Assembly (NCBI GenBank): GCA_038087875.1
Contig: CM075980.1
Span: 74,958,001-75,022,000, forward strand
Length of the DNA: 64,000 nucleotides
Source of the DNA: Malacoraja senta
Taxonomy: Eukaryota
Direction of reading: 5' to 3'
Positions 25,701 through 37,734 of this stretch are shown piece by piece. The notes beneath the pieces are model-generated. The model searched no databases, was not told the origin of the DNA, and saw only the letters and a list, made by a program, of their open reading frames with translations. The position numbers and the translations under genes were made by a program. Positions within the stretch are counted from its first letter, which is position 1; each line of letters starts with the position of its first letter.

Positions 25701-26020
25701 CCGCTTTCGCGAACCACGCGTTCCGGTCGTCTCATCCGGGTCCCTGCTCGGTTCCGTACCTCGGGTTCTGGGGGGGGCCCTGTGGCGGCACCTGCTGGTG
25801 CCCGCAAGTAATCAAACCCTGCGGTCAGGTGCTTCGGTCGCATGACTATGGGGAGGCGTTTTGTGTTCCCGCGCTTTCTGGGCGTTGCCCCATCAGTCGT
25901 TCTCGACCGCCGTTGTGGTTTGACCTTTGTATTGGCTGTGTTGTGTTACTCCGTTGATTTCGTCATTTTGTTAATAAAACTGATTTTGGAAATCGACTCG
26001 CGTCTCAACCCGCCAAAACA
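22712..26020 (+). mobile_element. Decayed, 5'-truncated Ty3/Gypsy LTR retrotransposon (gag end, protease, RT, RNase H, integrase, PPT, 3' LTR), CsRN1-like by its gag motif
   Basis: CYYHIRYGAEARRCRPPC gag motif; FLVDSGA protease; DYRCLN and YLDDILV RT; VDAS and NYSAFDRELLA RNase H; HGLAH..CISC, LVGPLP, DRGAQFTS and YEGPF integrase. Many stops, frameshifts and deletions. Left boundary approximate. Confidence 0.92.
25781..26020 (+). repeat. 3' LTR of the Gypsy element (~240 bp)
   Basis: Follows a G-rich polypurine tract (ctggggggggccc), starts TGT, contains AATAAA near 25973, ends ...aaaaCA. No 5' LTR seen. Confidence 0.7.
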
Positions 26021-27425
26021 TAATAATAGACATGACCTGAGGTTTTCCAGGTAGTCTGCATTTTGATATTTTTTCTGCCAACCTTTTTGCTCCTCTGGTC
26101 ACAAGCCATGAAGAGTCCAACCAAGCTTTGCAACCTCTATGCAAATAACCGCATGCCTTTGTCTGACAGGTCTGACACCAACTCATTACCACGGTCTCTC
26201 CAGGGCCCAAGAAAGCCCTCATGGACTTGTCCAGGAGCACCAGACTTGTCAGTCATTGGTATGAGGCCCAAGGCACTATTTTGTCCATGACTGATGGCAA
26301 ATTATACCCAAATGAAAATTGATTTAGAATCCTTTTTCTGTAATTGCCCAGTGTTGTGAATGGACCCACTGATCCTGCTTATCTCCCTAATGAGCTTCTT
26401 AGGTTACCAATATGCTGCATCGTAATCTACCTTAGCCACAGCTTTTGATTAGTGCAAAGTGGTTTGAAGTACCATTTAAAACATCCTTTACCCTTGTAAC
26501 TCATTCTGACGTGGACTGAATACTTATAGTAAAAGTTTATTTCATACCTCTCCACCCTTCCCGCTGCGTAAAAACTAAAATATACATAAACCAGTTGCTT
26601 CACAATTATTTTTTTTAAGAGTTCCCATCAAAATTAGTTTTCATTTTCTTGAAATTTAGATGCAATATTTATGTTTCTGGAACATAAATGGGCAAAAGTT
26701 AATTGATTTTGGAGGAAAAAAGAAGCAGAAATATCGACTGCTTCCTAAACCACGAGTAAATTCTCCCAAAGAATAGAAAATGCCCATATGTCAAATTTGG
26801 ATTATCTTGGTGATATTTTACTTACATTAACTGAAGGTATTAAGGGTCTGATGTACAATTTGTTGAATGAACTATTCTTAAAGACATTATTTTTTTGATT
26901 CATGTCTAAAATTTATTTAGCGTCTTTTGTTCAGAATGTCTGAATAGTGGGGTCCCCTCCAGCAGTAACAACAAATCCCAGAAGGAGAAGTGCAAATTAC
27001 TTCTTTACCGTATCACTGCTGTCACAGTAATCTGATTGCATGAAGTCAATGTTCTGTTTGTCTGTGTGAAAGCAGAACAAACTGCAAAAACCAGACCTAC
27101 ATTTACAAATCTCTTGCGGGAGAAAGTAGAAATAAGAGACAGTCATCTTATTTTAACACTAAAAGTCTTTCATCCATAGAGAAATAAATTAAATTGCATT
27201 GCTGGTAAGATTATGTTATACCTTGCAAACCTTATTTGGTTTCACTTCAGTTTGAGTCTTGCACAACATGTGGATTAACGTTGATTAATTTTCACCCTTT
27301 GTACCTCTCCAGATTCTGGTCAGTGTGACTCATGGCTGTGCGGTAAACAGAACTGAGACAGTGGAATCACAGAGGGAATCTTCACGTTTTCTTTTGGGTC
27401 TTGTTTGATCTCCCAACTGCTGAAG

Positions 27426-27504
27426 ATGCTACTAACAAGAAGTCTCCTGTTATGTTTGCTGTGTTGGTCCAAGTGGAGTTCATCCATGGAGATTCCAGAA
27501 GATG
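27426..27504 (+). CDS. L1-family neural cell adhesion molecule (L1CAM/CHL1-like), first coding exon: signal peptide MLLTRSLLLCLLCWSKWSSSMEIPED. The exon probably begins at 27313 with 5' UTR.
   Basis: ATG at 27426 has A at -3. A hydrophobic leader ends in EIPED (cf. L1CAM IQIPEE, CHL1 IEIPSS). The donor G|gtaaga is phase 1 and joins in frame to 39204. A polypyrimidine acceptor ctctccag| ends at 27312. Confidence 0.85.
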
Positions 27505-29377
27505 GTAAGACAAAATTAATTAAATACCTGTTTTTTATATCATGTTCATTGCTATGGCTATCTGGTTTCATGTGTGAATTCACATGTGATAATGGTACTA
27601 GCTCTTTTCCCATCTCGTCCATATAAATTAATGAATTTTGGAAAGACTTTATTAATTAGAATGCTGCTGGTGTAACTTTGTTATTCTGATCTCGAATAGC
27701 ATAGCTAGGAATTATTTGTATAAATTTGCTATCAATTTTGCATTGACAATTATCTTTTATTGTGATGAAAATCACAGCATCCAGAATATTGGTAAAAGTG
27801 TTGTTTCACCTTGTTTCCAAAACTGAGAAAGGGAATGTAATATTCAGGAGTTAAAGTAGTAAAAAAAAAATAATCCCTTTTATTGCCAAGAAATCTGCAG
27901 CAGAATCCTATCAAGCTTTAGTAATTTTGTGATCCAGTTGCAACCAGCTACTGACGTGCCATAAATTATTGATGAGACTTGATCCATTATTCAGGCTTTT
28001 AATGTGGCTGCTGGGTATGGCAGCATAAATGTTCATTAACAGGACGTCTTATATATGCAGTATAAAAAAGATAGCTACATATAACGAGAAGAATAACTGA
28101 TCAATTAATGAAGTGGTTGTCATTGTGCTTTAATAAATGCAACATTACTGATAAGCTCGTCAATGTTTTACACGCTAATTGATGGATTTGCTGCTAATAC
28201 TGTTTATGGTTTCCTTTTCAATTATTAAGCGTGTATATATGTGCAAGATAAATAAGATTCACAGGTGTGTATATAAGTAAAGGACGAGAAAATTAGATAT
28301 GATCATGAATGTAAATGATGTCCACCAGTTTACTTATTAAAATGTTCCTAATAAATAAATGTGTATAATAACTAGCAAATCTTGTAAGAATGTTAAGTTG
28401 ATTCATGATTCAACTGATTGCAATGTTGCATCTGATAAATCTAATATTTGTGTGGTTCTATTACAGTGTAATTGGAGGAAATTAAATTAACTGTTGGCTA
28501 TTAAATTGTCAGTTTAGATTGAACTAATAACCTATACTTGACTGGGTCTTCTTTCTGTGGTACAAAACAAGGACTCCATTGCAACATTTTGTCCAAGTAT
28601 GTTTTAAATGTGGGGTTTAGAAAAGGCCAGACTGTTGGCACCAGAACTACCAATTCTGCCAGCAGCAACATATTTTTATATTGACGCCTGTTTAGGCTCA
28701 GCCAAGAAGTTCTAGCTTCCTGAACTTACCCTGTTAAAACCAATCCTATCAGCGTAGCAGTGAAATTGGGCTCAACCAAACATATGAACACCAAGAAACA
28801 AAACATAATTTTGCTAGACTGCTTTCACCCAACAAAGGAAGTAATGGCATTTTACAGTAAGTAAAATAAATTTTATAAATCAAGGCGTTTAGACATACTG
28901 TTGACTGACATCTATTACAAACCCACTGAGACAGACTATTGACTGACATCCATTACAAACCCACTGACTCCCATAGCTATCTATACTACACTTCTTCCCA
29001 CCCCGCTTCCTGTTAAGACTCTATCCCCTACTCCCAATTCCTCCATCTACGCCCAGAATGAGGTTTTCCATACCAGGTCATCGGAGATGTCCTCATTCTT
29101 GAGGGAACGAGGTTTCCCCCCTTCCATTAAAGAAGAAGCTCTCACTAGGGTCTCCTCGATATCCCGTAGCTCCACTCTTGCTCCCCCTCCCCCCATTCGT
29201 AACAAGGACAGAGTTCCCCCTTGTCCTCACCTTTCACCCCATCAGCCATCGCATACAGCATATAATCCTCCAACATTTTCGCCATCTCCAACGGGATCCC
29301 ACTACTGGCCACATCTTCCCATCTCCTCTCCTTTCTGCTTTCCACAGAAACCGTTCCCTCCGCAATACCCTGGTCAA

Positions 29378-29783
29378 TAAACAATAGACAATAGGTGCAG
29401 TAGGCCATTCAGCCCTTCGAGCCAGCACCGCCATTGAATGTGATCATGGCTGATCATCCACAATCAGTACCCCGTTCCTGCCCTTTCCCCATATCCCCTG
29501 ACTCCGCCATCTTTAAGAGCTCTATCTAACTCTCTCTTGAAAGCATCCAGAGAACAGGCCTCCACTGCCTTCTGAGGCAGAGAATTCCACAGGCTCACAA
29601 GTCTCTGTGTGAAAAAGTTTTTCCTCATCTCCGTTCTAAATGGCTTACCCCTTATTCTTAAATTGTGGCCCCTGGTTCTGCACTCCCCCAACAACGGGAA
29701 CATGTTTTCTGCCTCTAGCGTGTCCAAACCCTTAATAATTTTATATGTTTCAATAAGATCCCCTCATTGATCCCCTCATTGAA
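29378..29783 (-). mobile_element. CR1/HER1-type LINE 3' fragment inserted in the Penelope element
   Basis: ORF2 end RTRGHNLRIRGKPFRTEMRKNFFTQRLVSLWNSLP; (TCTATTG)-like tail; GGTCAA direct repeat at 29372-29377 and 29784-29789. Confidence 0.9.
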
Positions 29784-30338
29784 GGTCAACTCATTACTTC
29801 CCACTCAAACCATCCCCTCCCCAGGTACTTTCCCCTGCAATTGCAGGAGATGCAACACATGTCCCTTTACCTCCCACCTCGACTCCATCCAAGGAACCCG
29901 ACAGTCTTTTCAGGTGAGGCAGAGGTTCACTTGCACCTCCTCCAACCTCATCTATTGTATCCGCTGTTCCAGGTGTCAACTCCTGTATATCGACGAGACC
30001 AAGTGCAGGCTCGGCGATCGTTTCTCTGAACACCACCGCTCAGTCCGCCTTAACCTACCTGATCTCCCGGTTGCTCAGCACTATAACTCCCCTTCCCTTT
30101 CCCAATCTGACCTTTCTGTCCTGAGCCTCCTCCATTGTCAGAGTGAAGCCCAGCGCAAGTTAGAGGAACAGCACCTCATATTTCATTCACCCCAGCAGTG
30201 TGAACATTGACTTCTCTAACTTAATATAGCTCTTGCTTTCCCTCTCTCTCCATCCCCTCCCCCTTCCCAGTTCTCCCACCAGTCTTACTGTCTCCGACTA
30301 CATTCTATCTCTGTCCCGCCTACTCTCCTGATAACAGT

Positions 30339-30366
30339 CTGAAGAAGGGTCTCGACCCGAAACGTC
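30339..30366 (+). ncRNA. Minimal type I hammerhead-ribozyme-like motif in the Penelope pLTR (CUGAAGA-a-GGGU(CUCG)ACCC-GAAACGUC)
   Basis: CUGANGA and GAAA core boxes flank a 4-bp stem II. Palindromic ACGU stands in place of stem III, and there is a GUC cleavage triplet. Penelope pLTRs are known to carry minimal hammerheads. One extra A follows the first box and stem I is very short. Confidence 0.65.
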
Positions 30367-32002
30367 ACCCATTCCTTCTCTCCAGAGATGCTGTCTGTCC
30401 CGCATTTTGTATCTACCTTCGATTTAAACCAGCATCTGCTGTTCTTTCCTACGCGTTTTTGAAATAATTTGTTCTTGAAAATGATACACTTAAATGTGAC
30501 AATCCAAACATGGTACCACTTTATGTCATCAAATTGAAATGGTATAGTTTCTGCATGGCTAAACAAACACCAATTGAGACAATAAATACGTCTTTTACGA
30601 TCTACAAGTATAAGTTAGCGTTATTTTTACATTTGCAGATAATCTGCAAGTAATCAGTTGCCTTTTTTCATCGACTAGTTTTCATACTCAATGTTTAGAG
30701 ATAATAAAGAACTGACTGGAGAATATGGAGCATGTAATAATTGTTGTTTTCATTTTCCCTTTGCCTTTCCTTGGATATAAAGCTTTCATTCATGAAAGAA
30801 GTAAGTTAACCTGTTGGAATTAAAGCATTTTGACTGTTTCGATCTCCCAATAACTCTTTCTTTTCTGAGCATCAGTAGTTTGAATTTACAATCCATTGCA
30901 ATGTCGCCATTTCTAACATGTTTCCTTCCGAAGAGATCAATGGCATGGTATTTCAATTGATCTTTATTTCCTCATACCTTTTTAAACTCTTGCAACTGCA
31001 ATGTGACATTATATAATCACAACTCTGAGTTAATGCATCTTCGACCTTTTTGCCAACATTGGTGGCTCAATGAGTTTTGGCACTTTAAATTCCTTAATTT
31101 TAGAAGGTGAGAGCTGTGGATTACTAGAAGACAATTCCAGCACTCATTGTGCCCAGCATAGATAAGCAACTATCTTTAGCTATGATTGACAATATTTTTC
31201 AAAATAAATAGTAAATAACTTAAACCAATAAGTCTACTGTTTTAAACAGCTGATGAGACAATTTGCTTCATAGAAAATGCTCAGCGAAGATTTTGAGTCA
31301 GATAGAATTCTTCTGTCAACATTGACTCCTGTCAACATTGACTGCTGTAATCCTTGCAATAGGTCAGCAAGGTTATTAATGATGCAGTGCAGAAGCTTGG
31401 AAGAAACCAAGCTGAAGTGTAGGAATACCTGTCAGATAAATTAGATGCCACAGGCAGTCGTGTTTTTGCATTTCTTTGTGATGTAAAATCTCTGTGGGTC
31501 CTGTACTCTCACTAATCAACATTGGAGAGTTGTGTTTACTTCTATGAATGCCAAACATCAAAAATATGTCACATTATTGGATGCAAATGTATGACCTTCA
31601 CGCCGGATGATTGACACTCTGCATTTTTGTAATGCTGATTGCAAAACACACAATCAAAATTCATCCAGGATTGAAATATGTTGCTCTGTTTGATGAAGTA
31701 ACCTACTTAAGCTTAGAAATATAGTGACACTATTACATCATTCAAAGCTGGAATTTCAAATAAAATCATCCAGAATTTGCTGTCCTACAATAATTGAGAA
31801 TAAAACATCCAAGTGGCAATTTCAAATGCAATTTTGTGAGAATAAAAAAGTGGAAACATCAAGATGATTGACCTGAAATAATGGCAGCTAAAATTCAAAG
31901 TATCTGAGTGTGAGGTGAATGTAAAATGGTTTTGTACGAATAATGAGGCGAGACAGCAGTAAATAGTATTGAGGTTGATAGAGAGGTAAAAAATGATGCA
32001 AG

Positions 32003-32303
32003 AAGACAGTAGTGCATCTGGTAGAGCTGCTGCCTCACAGCACCAGAGATCTCGTTTTGGTCCTGACTACAGGTGTTGTCTGTACGTTCTCCCCGAGACC
32101 GCATGGGTTTTCGCTGGGTGCTCTGGTTTCTTCCCACACTCAAAAGACATACGGGTTGTATGTTAATTGGATTTCGTTAATTGTAAAGTGTCCCTAGTGT
32201 GTAGGATAGTGCTTGTGTACGGACGGGGTTATCTCTGGTCGGCGCGAACTTGGTGGGCTGAAGGGTCTGTTGTCATGCTGTATCTCTAAAGTCTAAAGTC
32301 TAA
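32003..32303 (+). mobile_element. HE1/V-SINE-type SINE
   Basis: Same structure with a (TAAAGTC)n tail. Confidence 0.8.
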
Positions 32304-32961
32304 ATGTTCAACAAAGACCTTAATAAAGCACAAAAGCTCCAAGGCTTTGCATTTTTAACTATGGAGTTCAAGATCTCTTTTGCTTTATTATCAATTTTGT
32401 TAACCTTACATTAAGTTGCTATATCTTTATGAATAATAAATTTGGCCCTGGCTCGATTGTGTTCAGTTCTGGGCTCCACACTTTTGGAAAGCATGTGAAA
32501 ACTTTAGTGATTTGGAAGAGGCAATTGACTAGAATAAATCTCAAAGCTGCGAGATTAGTTTTGTGGTTAAACTCGTGAACGTGGGGTTATTCTTCTCAAG
32601 GAATGGCAGGTGAATACATTATTTGATGTGTTCAAAATCATAATGGATGTGGTGGACTAAATAAATTGGATCTTCAATCTTTTGCATGACAAAGGGGAAA
32701 AAATATAGATTTAAGTGATTGGCAAATAAATCAGAGGTGCCTTGATGAAATAGTTTATTAATGTAATCAGTAGCTAGAACGTAGTGCTCTGTCCCCATGC
32801 TGGTGGGTACACATTCAATAGCAAGTAGGACATTGGAAAACATTTGGAAAATAATATTGGGAAATATACTTGTGATTTGTTCTCACTGTCCAATGATCCT
32901 ATGATTCTTTTTCCGAAAAAATATAAAAACAAAACTCAAGTGAAGTTAACAAATATTTTGT

Positions 32962-32988
32962 CTGAAGAAGGGTTTCGGCCGAAACGTC
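32962..32988 (+). ncRNA. Second intact hammerhead-like core (CUGAAGA-ag-GGU(UUCG)GCC-GAAACGUC)
   Basis: Same core boxes with a variant stem II capped by UUCG. Confidence 0.5.
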
Positions 32989-34149
32989 AAATACAAGGCG
33001 CTGCAGATGCTGGAATTGAGTAAAGAAGAAACTGCTGAAGGAACTCAGTGGGTTAGGCAGCATCTGTGGAGGGGAATGGACACGATGTTTAGGATTGGCA
33101 CCCTTCTTAAGATGCTCATCTGAAGAAGGGTCCCAACTCGAAACATCCTGCTCTATAGCATAGAAACTTTGGATCCTTCCTGAATATTCCCTTGATTTGT
33201 TCTCACAATATGTCATAGACCCATACAGCAAAGGAATAGGCCCTTCGGTTTGCCAGTTCTATGGCAACCATCTGTACCAATTCCATTTGTCAACACTTGT
33301 TCCACCGACTTCTATGTCTTTGCGATCTAAGTTTTTATCAAGATATATTTTAAATTGTGAGTTTATCTGCCTCCACCACCAACTCCGGTCGTGTATTCCA
33401 GATTGCAGCTACTCTCTGGATGATTTTATTTTCCTTGGTCTCCCTTAACCTAAGGAATCTATTTATGAGGTGGCCTCACTATGGGCACTGTCTGAGCTGA
33501 GAGTGAAGGCAGAATGACTGGGAATCCAGATAGAGAGAGGGAAGTAGTGTTTAAGTTCTCAGAGCATACCCCCAAATAAATTCTGGGAGCTATCCTCCAA
33601 TTTCCAGCTTTCTGAAGGCTAAGATTTTCCAAACCAATGGTAACAGTCCTTGACCTGTTTGCAGAGCTGCTGTCATGGTCTTATACCTGGCTACAGTATA
33701 AATTACATTGGATTCTATAGGATACATAGGATATGCAGCACATGGACAGACCTTTCACCACTTTCACATGGTCATGGATGTGGATGAGGTGCCAGCCAAC
33801 AATGGACTACTGTGGGCTCCATCTATCCTTGGTCATCGGTACATTTTGTACCTCCAATTTCCTTCTCTCCTGATTCTCAGTCTGAAAAAGGACTTCAACC
33901 CGAAACACCACCTATTCCTTTTCTCCAGACATGCTGCCTGACCCGCTGAGTTACTCCAGCATTTTGTGTCTATTTTCAGTGTAAGCCAGCATCTGCAGTT
34001 CCTTCCTACACATGTGTCTAGCCATATTGCAGACTAATCAAATTGCCCAAGATTCTCACAAAGACCCCACTCCACAAACCCTGATCCCAGACAGCAAGTA
34101 ATATATGTGGAAACAGTCTGTCACCCTCACACCATCTATCTATGGTAGA

Positions 34150-34583
34150 TTAACACTAAACTACACACACTAGGGACAATTTACACTTATACCACGCCAA
34201 TGAACCTACAGACTTGTACGTCTTTGGAGTGTGGGATGAAACTGAAGATCTCAGAGTAAACTAACGGGGAGAACGTACCAACTCTGTACAGACAGCACCC
34301 GCAGTCGGGATTGAAACCGAGTTTCTGGCGCTGCAAGGCAGCAACTCTACCGCTGAAGCTCCATGCCGCCATTGGTGCTCCAGGGGTTTCTCCAGGTGCT
34401 CCGTGGAATTTCCTCCCACACTCCAAAGGCGTACAGGTTTATAGGTCGATTTGGATTCTGTAATTTGTAAATTGTCCCTAGTGTGTAGGATAGTGCTGGT
34501 GTACAAGGGAGATCACTGGTCGGCTTGGACTCGGTGGGCTGATGGGTCTGTTTCCACACTTATCTCTAAAGTTTAAAGTCTAA
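34150..34583. mobile_element. Two adjacent inverted HE1-type SINE copies (minus 34150-34353, plus 34383-34583)
   Basis: acacactagggacaatttaca versus tgtaaattgtccctagtgtgt. Confidence 0.8.
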
Positions 34584-37500
34584 AACTCTTGTTTTGAAGT
34601 TGCATCCCTGAAACAAAACATTAGACCTTGTGGGAACATTGAAAATGAGGTGGTCTCCTGACTAGGTTGCAGTCTCCTGGATAATCTGAAACAAGAGCCT
34701 TCCGTGAAATTTTCCAGTGTCCACCAATTGTAAAATGATGGCTTCTTCCCTGTAGGAACTTTGTCAAGTGGTCTGCTCAGAGTTCGGGTGTAAGAGCATT
34801 TTTGGAGCATCGTCATCTGCTCAGCAAAATTCAAAGCAATTAGGAACTGAGAGATAACTAAATAACTAAATTTCATTTAAAAATTTACAGCAACGCATTT
34901 ATCTAACAAAATGTGCTGAGCTTCATATTTATGGCAGGAGGCTGCAATTACCAGTTATCTTCCCATCGAACCAAGCAAAATGACAGCCTTTTTCCAGTTA
35001 AACAGCTGCCCAATTGTGCAAATCTGGTGGTTCCTCTTCGACTATTTCTGCACGATAGAATCCATGAAGGCTGGAATCCCTCAATTTGATGAATCTCCTA
35101 TCTGTCTCCCAATCACTTATGTCTGTGCAGGCATGAAATTTGATCACAGTATTCTTCAATGTGCATGACTGGAGATGATTTTAGGGTTATAGCTTGCTTT
35201 ATTTCATGCAATCAGCCTGACCAGCATGTAAATGCAGCAATATAGCATTTTATTTGGAAGAGCTGCATTGAATCAGTGTTGAAAAATTGAGAATTTAAGT
35301 TGAGCTGACATTTTGCTAATATGTAATTTGAATCTGTTGTTTTCCCGCGTTTTCTACCCACCTCACAATAGGCAGGTGGCATTGTGAAACCCGCTTAGTG
35401 TGAAATTATTGCCCCCCCTTCTTGCTGGTTCAAACCTCTTTCGTGGCATAGTTACCCGTGGTCTGCTTGTGCCTGACCAAATTTGGAAGGGCCATCTTGC
35501 TGAGAGTTCTACGTGTCCTGTGGGCAGTGATAGGATTTCAGGCGGCACAGTGGCACCGCGGTAGAGTTACTGCCCTACAGCGCCAGAGATCCGTGTATGA
35601 TTAGAGAGAGAAAGTGGGGAACACCAAGGATGAAACTTACAACTAGCAATCATACGGTGTTAAGATGGTTGAGAGCACGAGCGATAGCTCAGATGAATGT
35701 GGTAAGAAACGACACAAGGGGAGACAGAATAGAGTCAAGGTATGAAGAGATACGTTTGGTGGAGCAAGTATAGGCAAAAATAATCAGTTTACCAGGGCAA
35801 CACTGTTTGTGGACCTTGGTTAAGAAATAACAGTATGGGGTTGGGGCACTTTTTTTCGGTTGTGTATGGCCGATCTCCTGATGCGATGAGATCTATAATG
35901 GTCCAATTGACATTTATAAGCCAACTGCAGGGTGCTGGAATCCAAGCTGGGTGTTTACCACAGTCAGCAAATGGAGCCCGGAAAGCTGGAATTCTTGACT
36001 CGATTCGATGTGAAAGTGAGATAACATAGAACTCTGTAAGTGGAATATCGATGGTCGGCATGGACTCAGTGGGCCGTAGGGCCTGTTTCCACGCTGAAGC
36101 TAAAGATCGGGAAAGTTTGAGTGTAGGGTCATGGTGAAGAGAGGAGGCAAGGATGAGGTGATGGGTAAAGCTATTCGCACCTTGATATTGTGGGACGAGT
36201 GAGGTATAGATATGAATGTACAGCCATTTTCACCGACACCTAACTCGCTTCTGACCACACACTCTGGCAGCTAGGTCAGAAATGATCAGTGCTCTCTCCT
36301 TCTGGCTACTGAGCCAAATGGGCAGAGCTTTGTCCTCTCCTAAGTCTGTTGTTCCTGCTAATACTTGTATTTTTTTGACCAGCCTCCTTGCAGCATTTTT
36401 ACTCGAGCTGACAAAATATTATCACAAAGGCAGCTTAAATTTGCCTAATGATATACTGTGTTGAAGCACAGTATCGTCTTATAATTATATTATTGAAACT
36501 GTTAATGGAGGTTGCTGTCTAATTTATAATGTGGGTATGAATTGCAAGAGCAGAACATAATGTTTGAAATTATTTGTTTGTTATCTGAAATAAACAGTGT
36601 CAAGACAAGTGACAGTAATGGAAAACAAATTACTTCCAAATCACTGAGTTCTTTTTTTGTCAATGAAATTAATTTTGGAGACACAATGAACACAGAGGCT
36701 GGAATTGTGCATAGAAAATAAAGTGCTAGAGTAATTTAGCAGGTCAAGCAACATCTATGGAGGAATTGGCGGGCGAGGGACCTGAAGAAGGGTCCCAACT
36801 TGGAACGTCGCCTGTCCATGTCCTCCAGAGACATTGCCTGACCTGCTGAGTTGTCCAGCACTTTGTTCCCTGCAAATGAATTATGAATGTGGGCACGATC
36901 TCAGAGCACATTTAGTGTTGCCATCTGCGGCAAATTTGCAGGTAAATCGAAGTAGTAAAAAAAATCTTCATAGTTTGCAAGCTAGACAGTAGCTAGAATA
37001 ATATATCCAGACATGATACAATTGTTATGCTGGAGTAACTAAGCGGGACAGGGGCAACATCTCTGGAGAGAAGGAATGGGTGACGTTTCGAGTCCAAAAA
37101 AGGGCCCGAAAGGCCAACCATTACTTCACTCCAGAGATGCTGCCTGTCCCACTGAGTTACTCCAGCACTTTGTGTTTATCTTCGATTTAAAACAGAATCT
37201 GCAGTTCTTTCCTACACATAAGATAATCATTTGTTGACTGAGGTACAGAGAAGTGTGATTAGGAACCCCACATCTGGAGTCCAAATTATGAGCAGAAATT
37301 GGTGGAACTTTGGCATTGTAACCTGAAAGTCAACAAACTGAAGCAATCTTACATATTATAAACAAATTATTGAGGGAATGGATAAAAGTAAACTAAATGT
37401 TGGTGTTACCGCTAATGCATCATGCCTGAAATGTACAACGAGATGGTCTCGACCCGAAATGTCACCTATTCCTTCACTCCATAGATGCTGCCACACCTGC

Positions 37501-37734
37501 TGAGTTTCTCCAGCATTTTTGTCTACCAACGAGATGGTAAATGTTATCCAAAAGCTGAGGGCAGGAGTTGTAAATTATTTTTTCCGATAACGACATAAGT
37601 GTGGAGCCAAAAATCGCCAAAAAAGGTTTAGACCCAAAACATCATGTATTCCTTTTCACCAGATATGCTGTCTGACCCGCTGAGTTACTCCAGCTTTTTG
37701 TGTCTATCTTCAAAGAAAAATAATATATTTTTAA

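Larger units (their letters stand above)
28892..30455 (+). mobile_element. 5'-truncated Penelope-like retroelement (RT C-terminus, Cys-rich linker, GIY-YIG endonuclease, 3' pLTR), interrupted by a CR1 fragment
   Basis: TDIxYKPTDSHSYL..SSHP RT end; PLVLTFHP; PCNCRRCNTC; NLIYCIRCSRCQLLYIDET..RLGDRFSEH GIY-YIG; followed by the pLTR-type repeat. Confidence 0.88.

Noticed and set aside
25597-25722. 63-bp tandem repeat as an independent element
   Set aside because: Part of the Gypsy integrase C-terminal low-complexity tail ending TRSGR.
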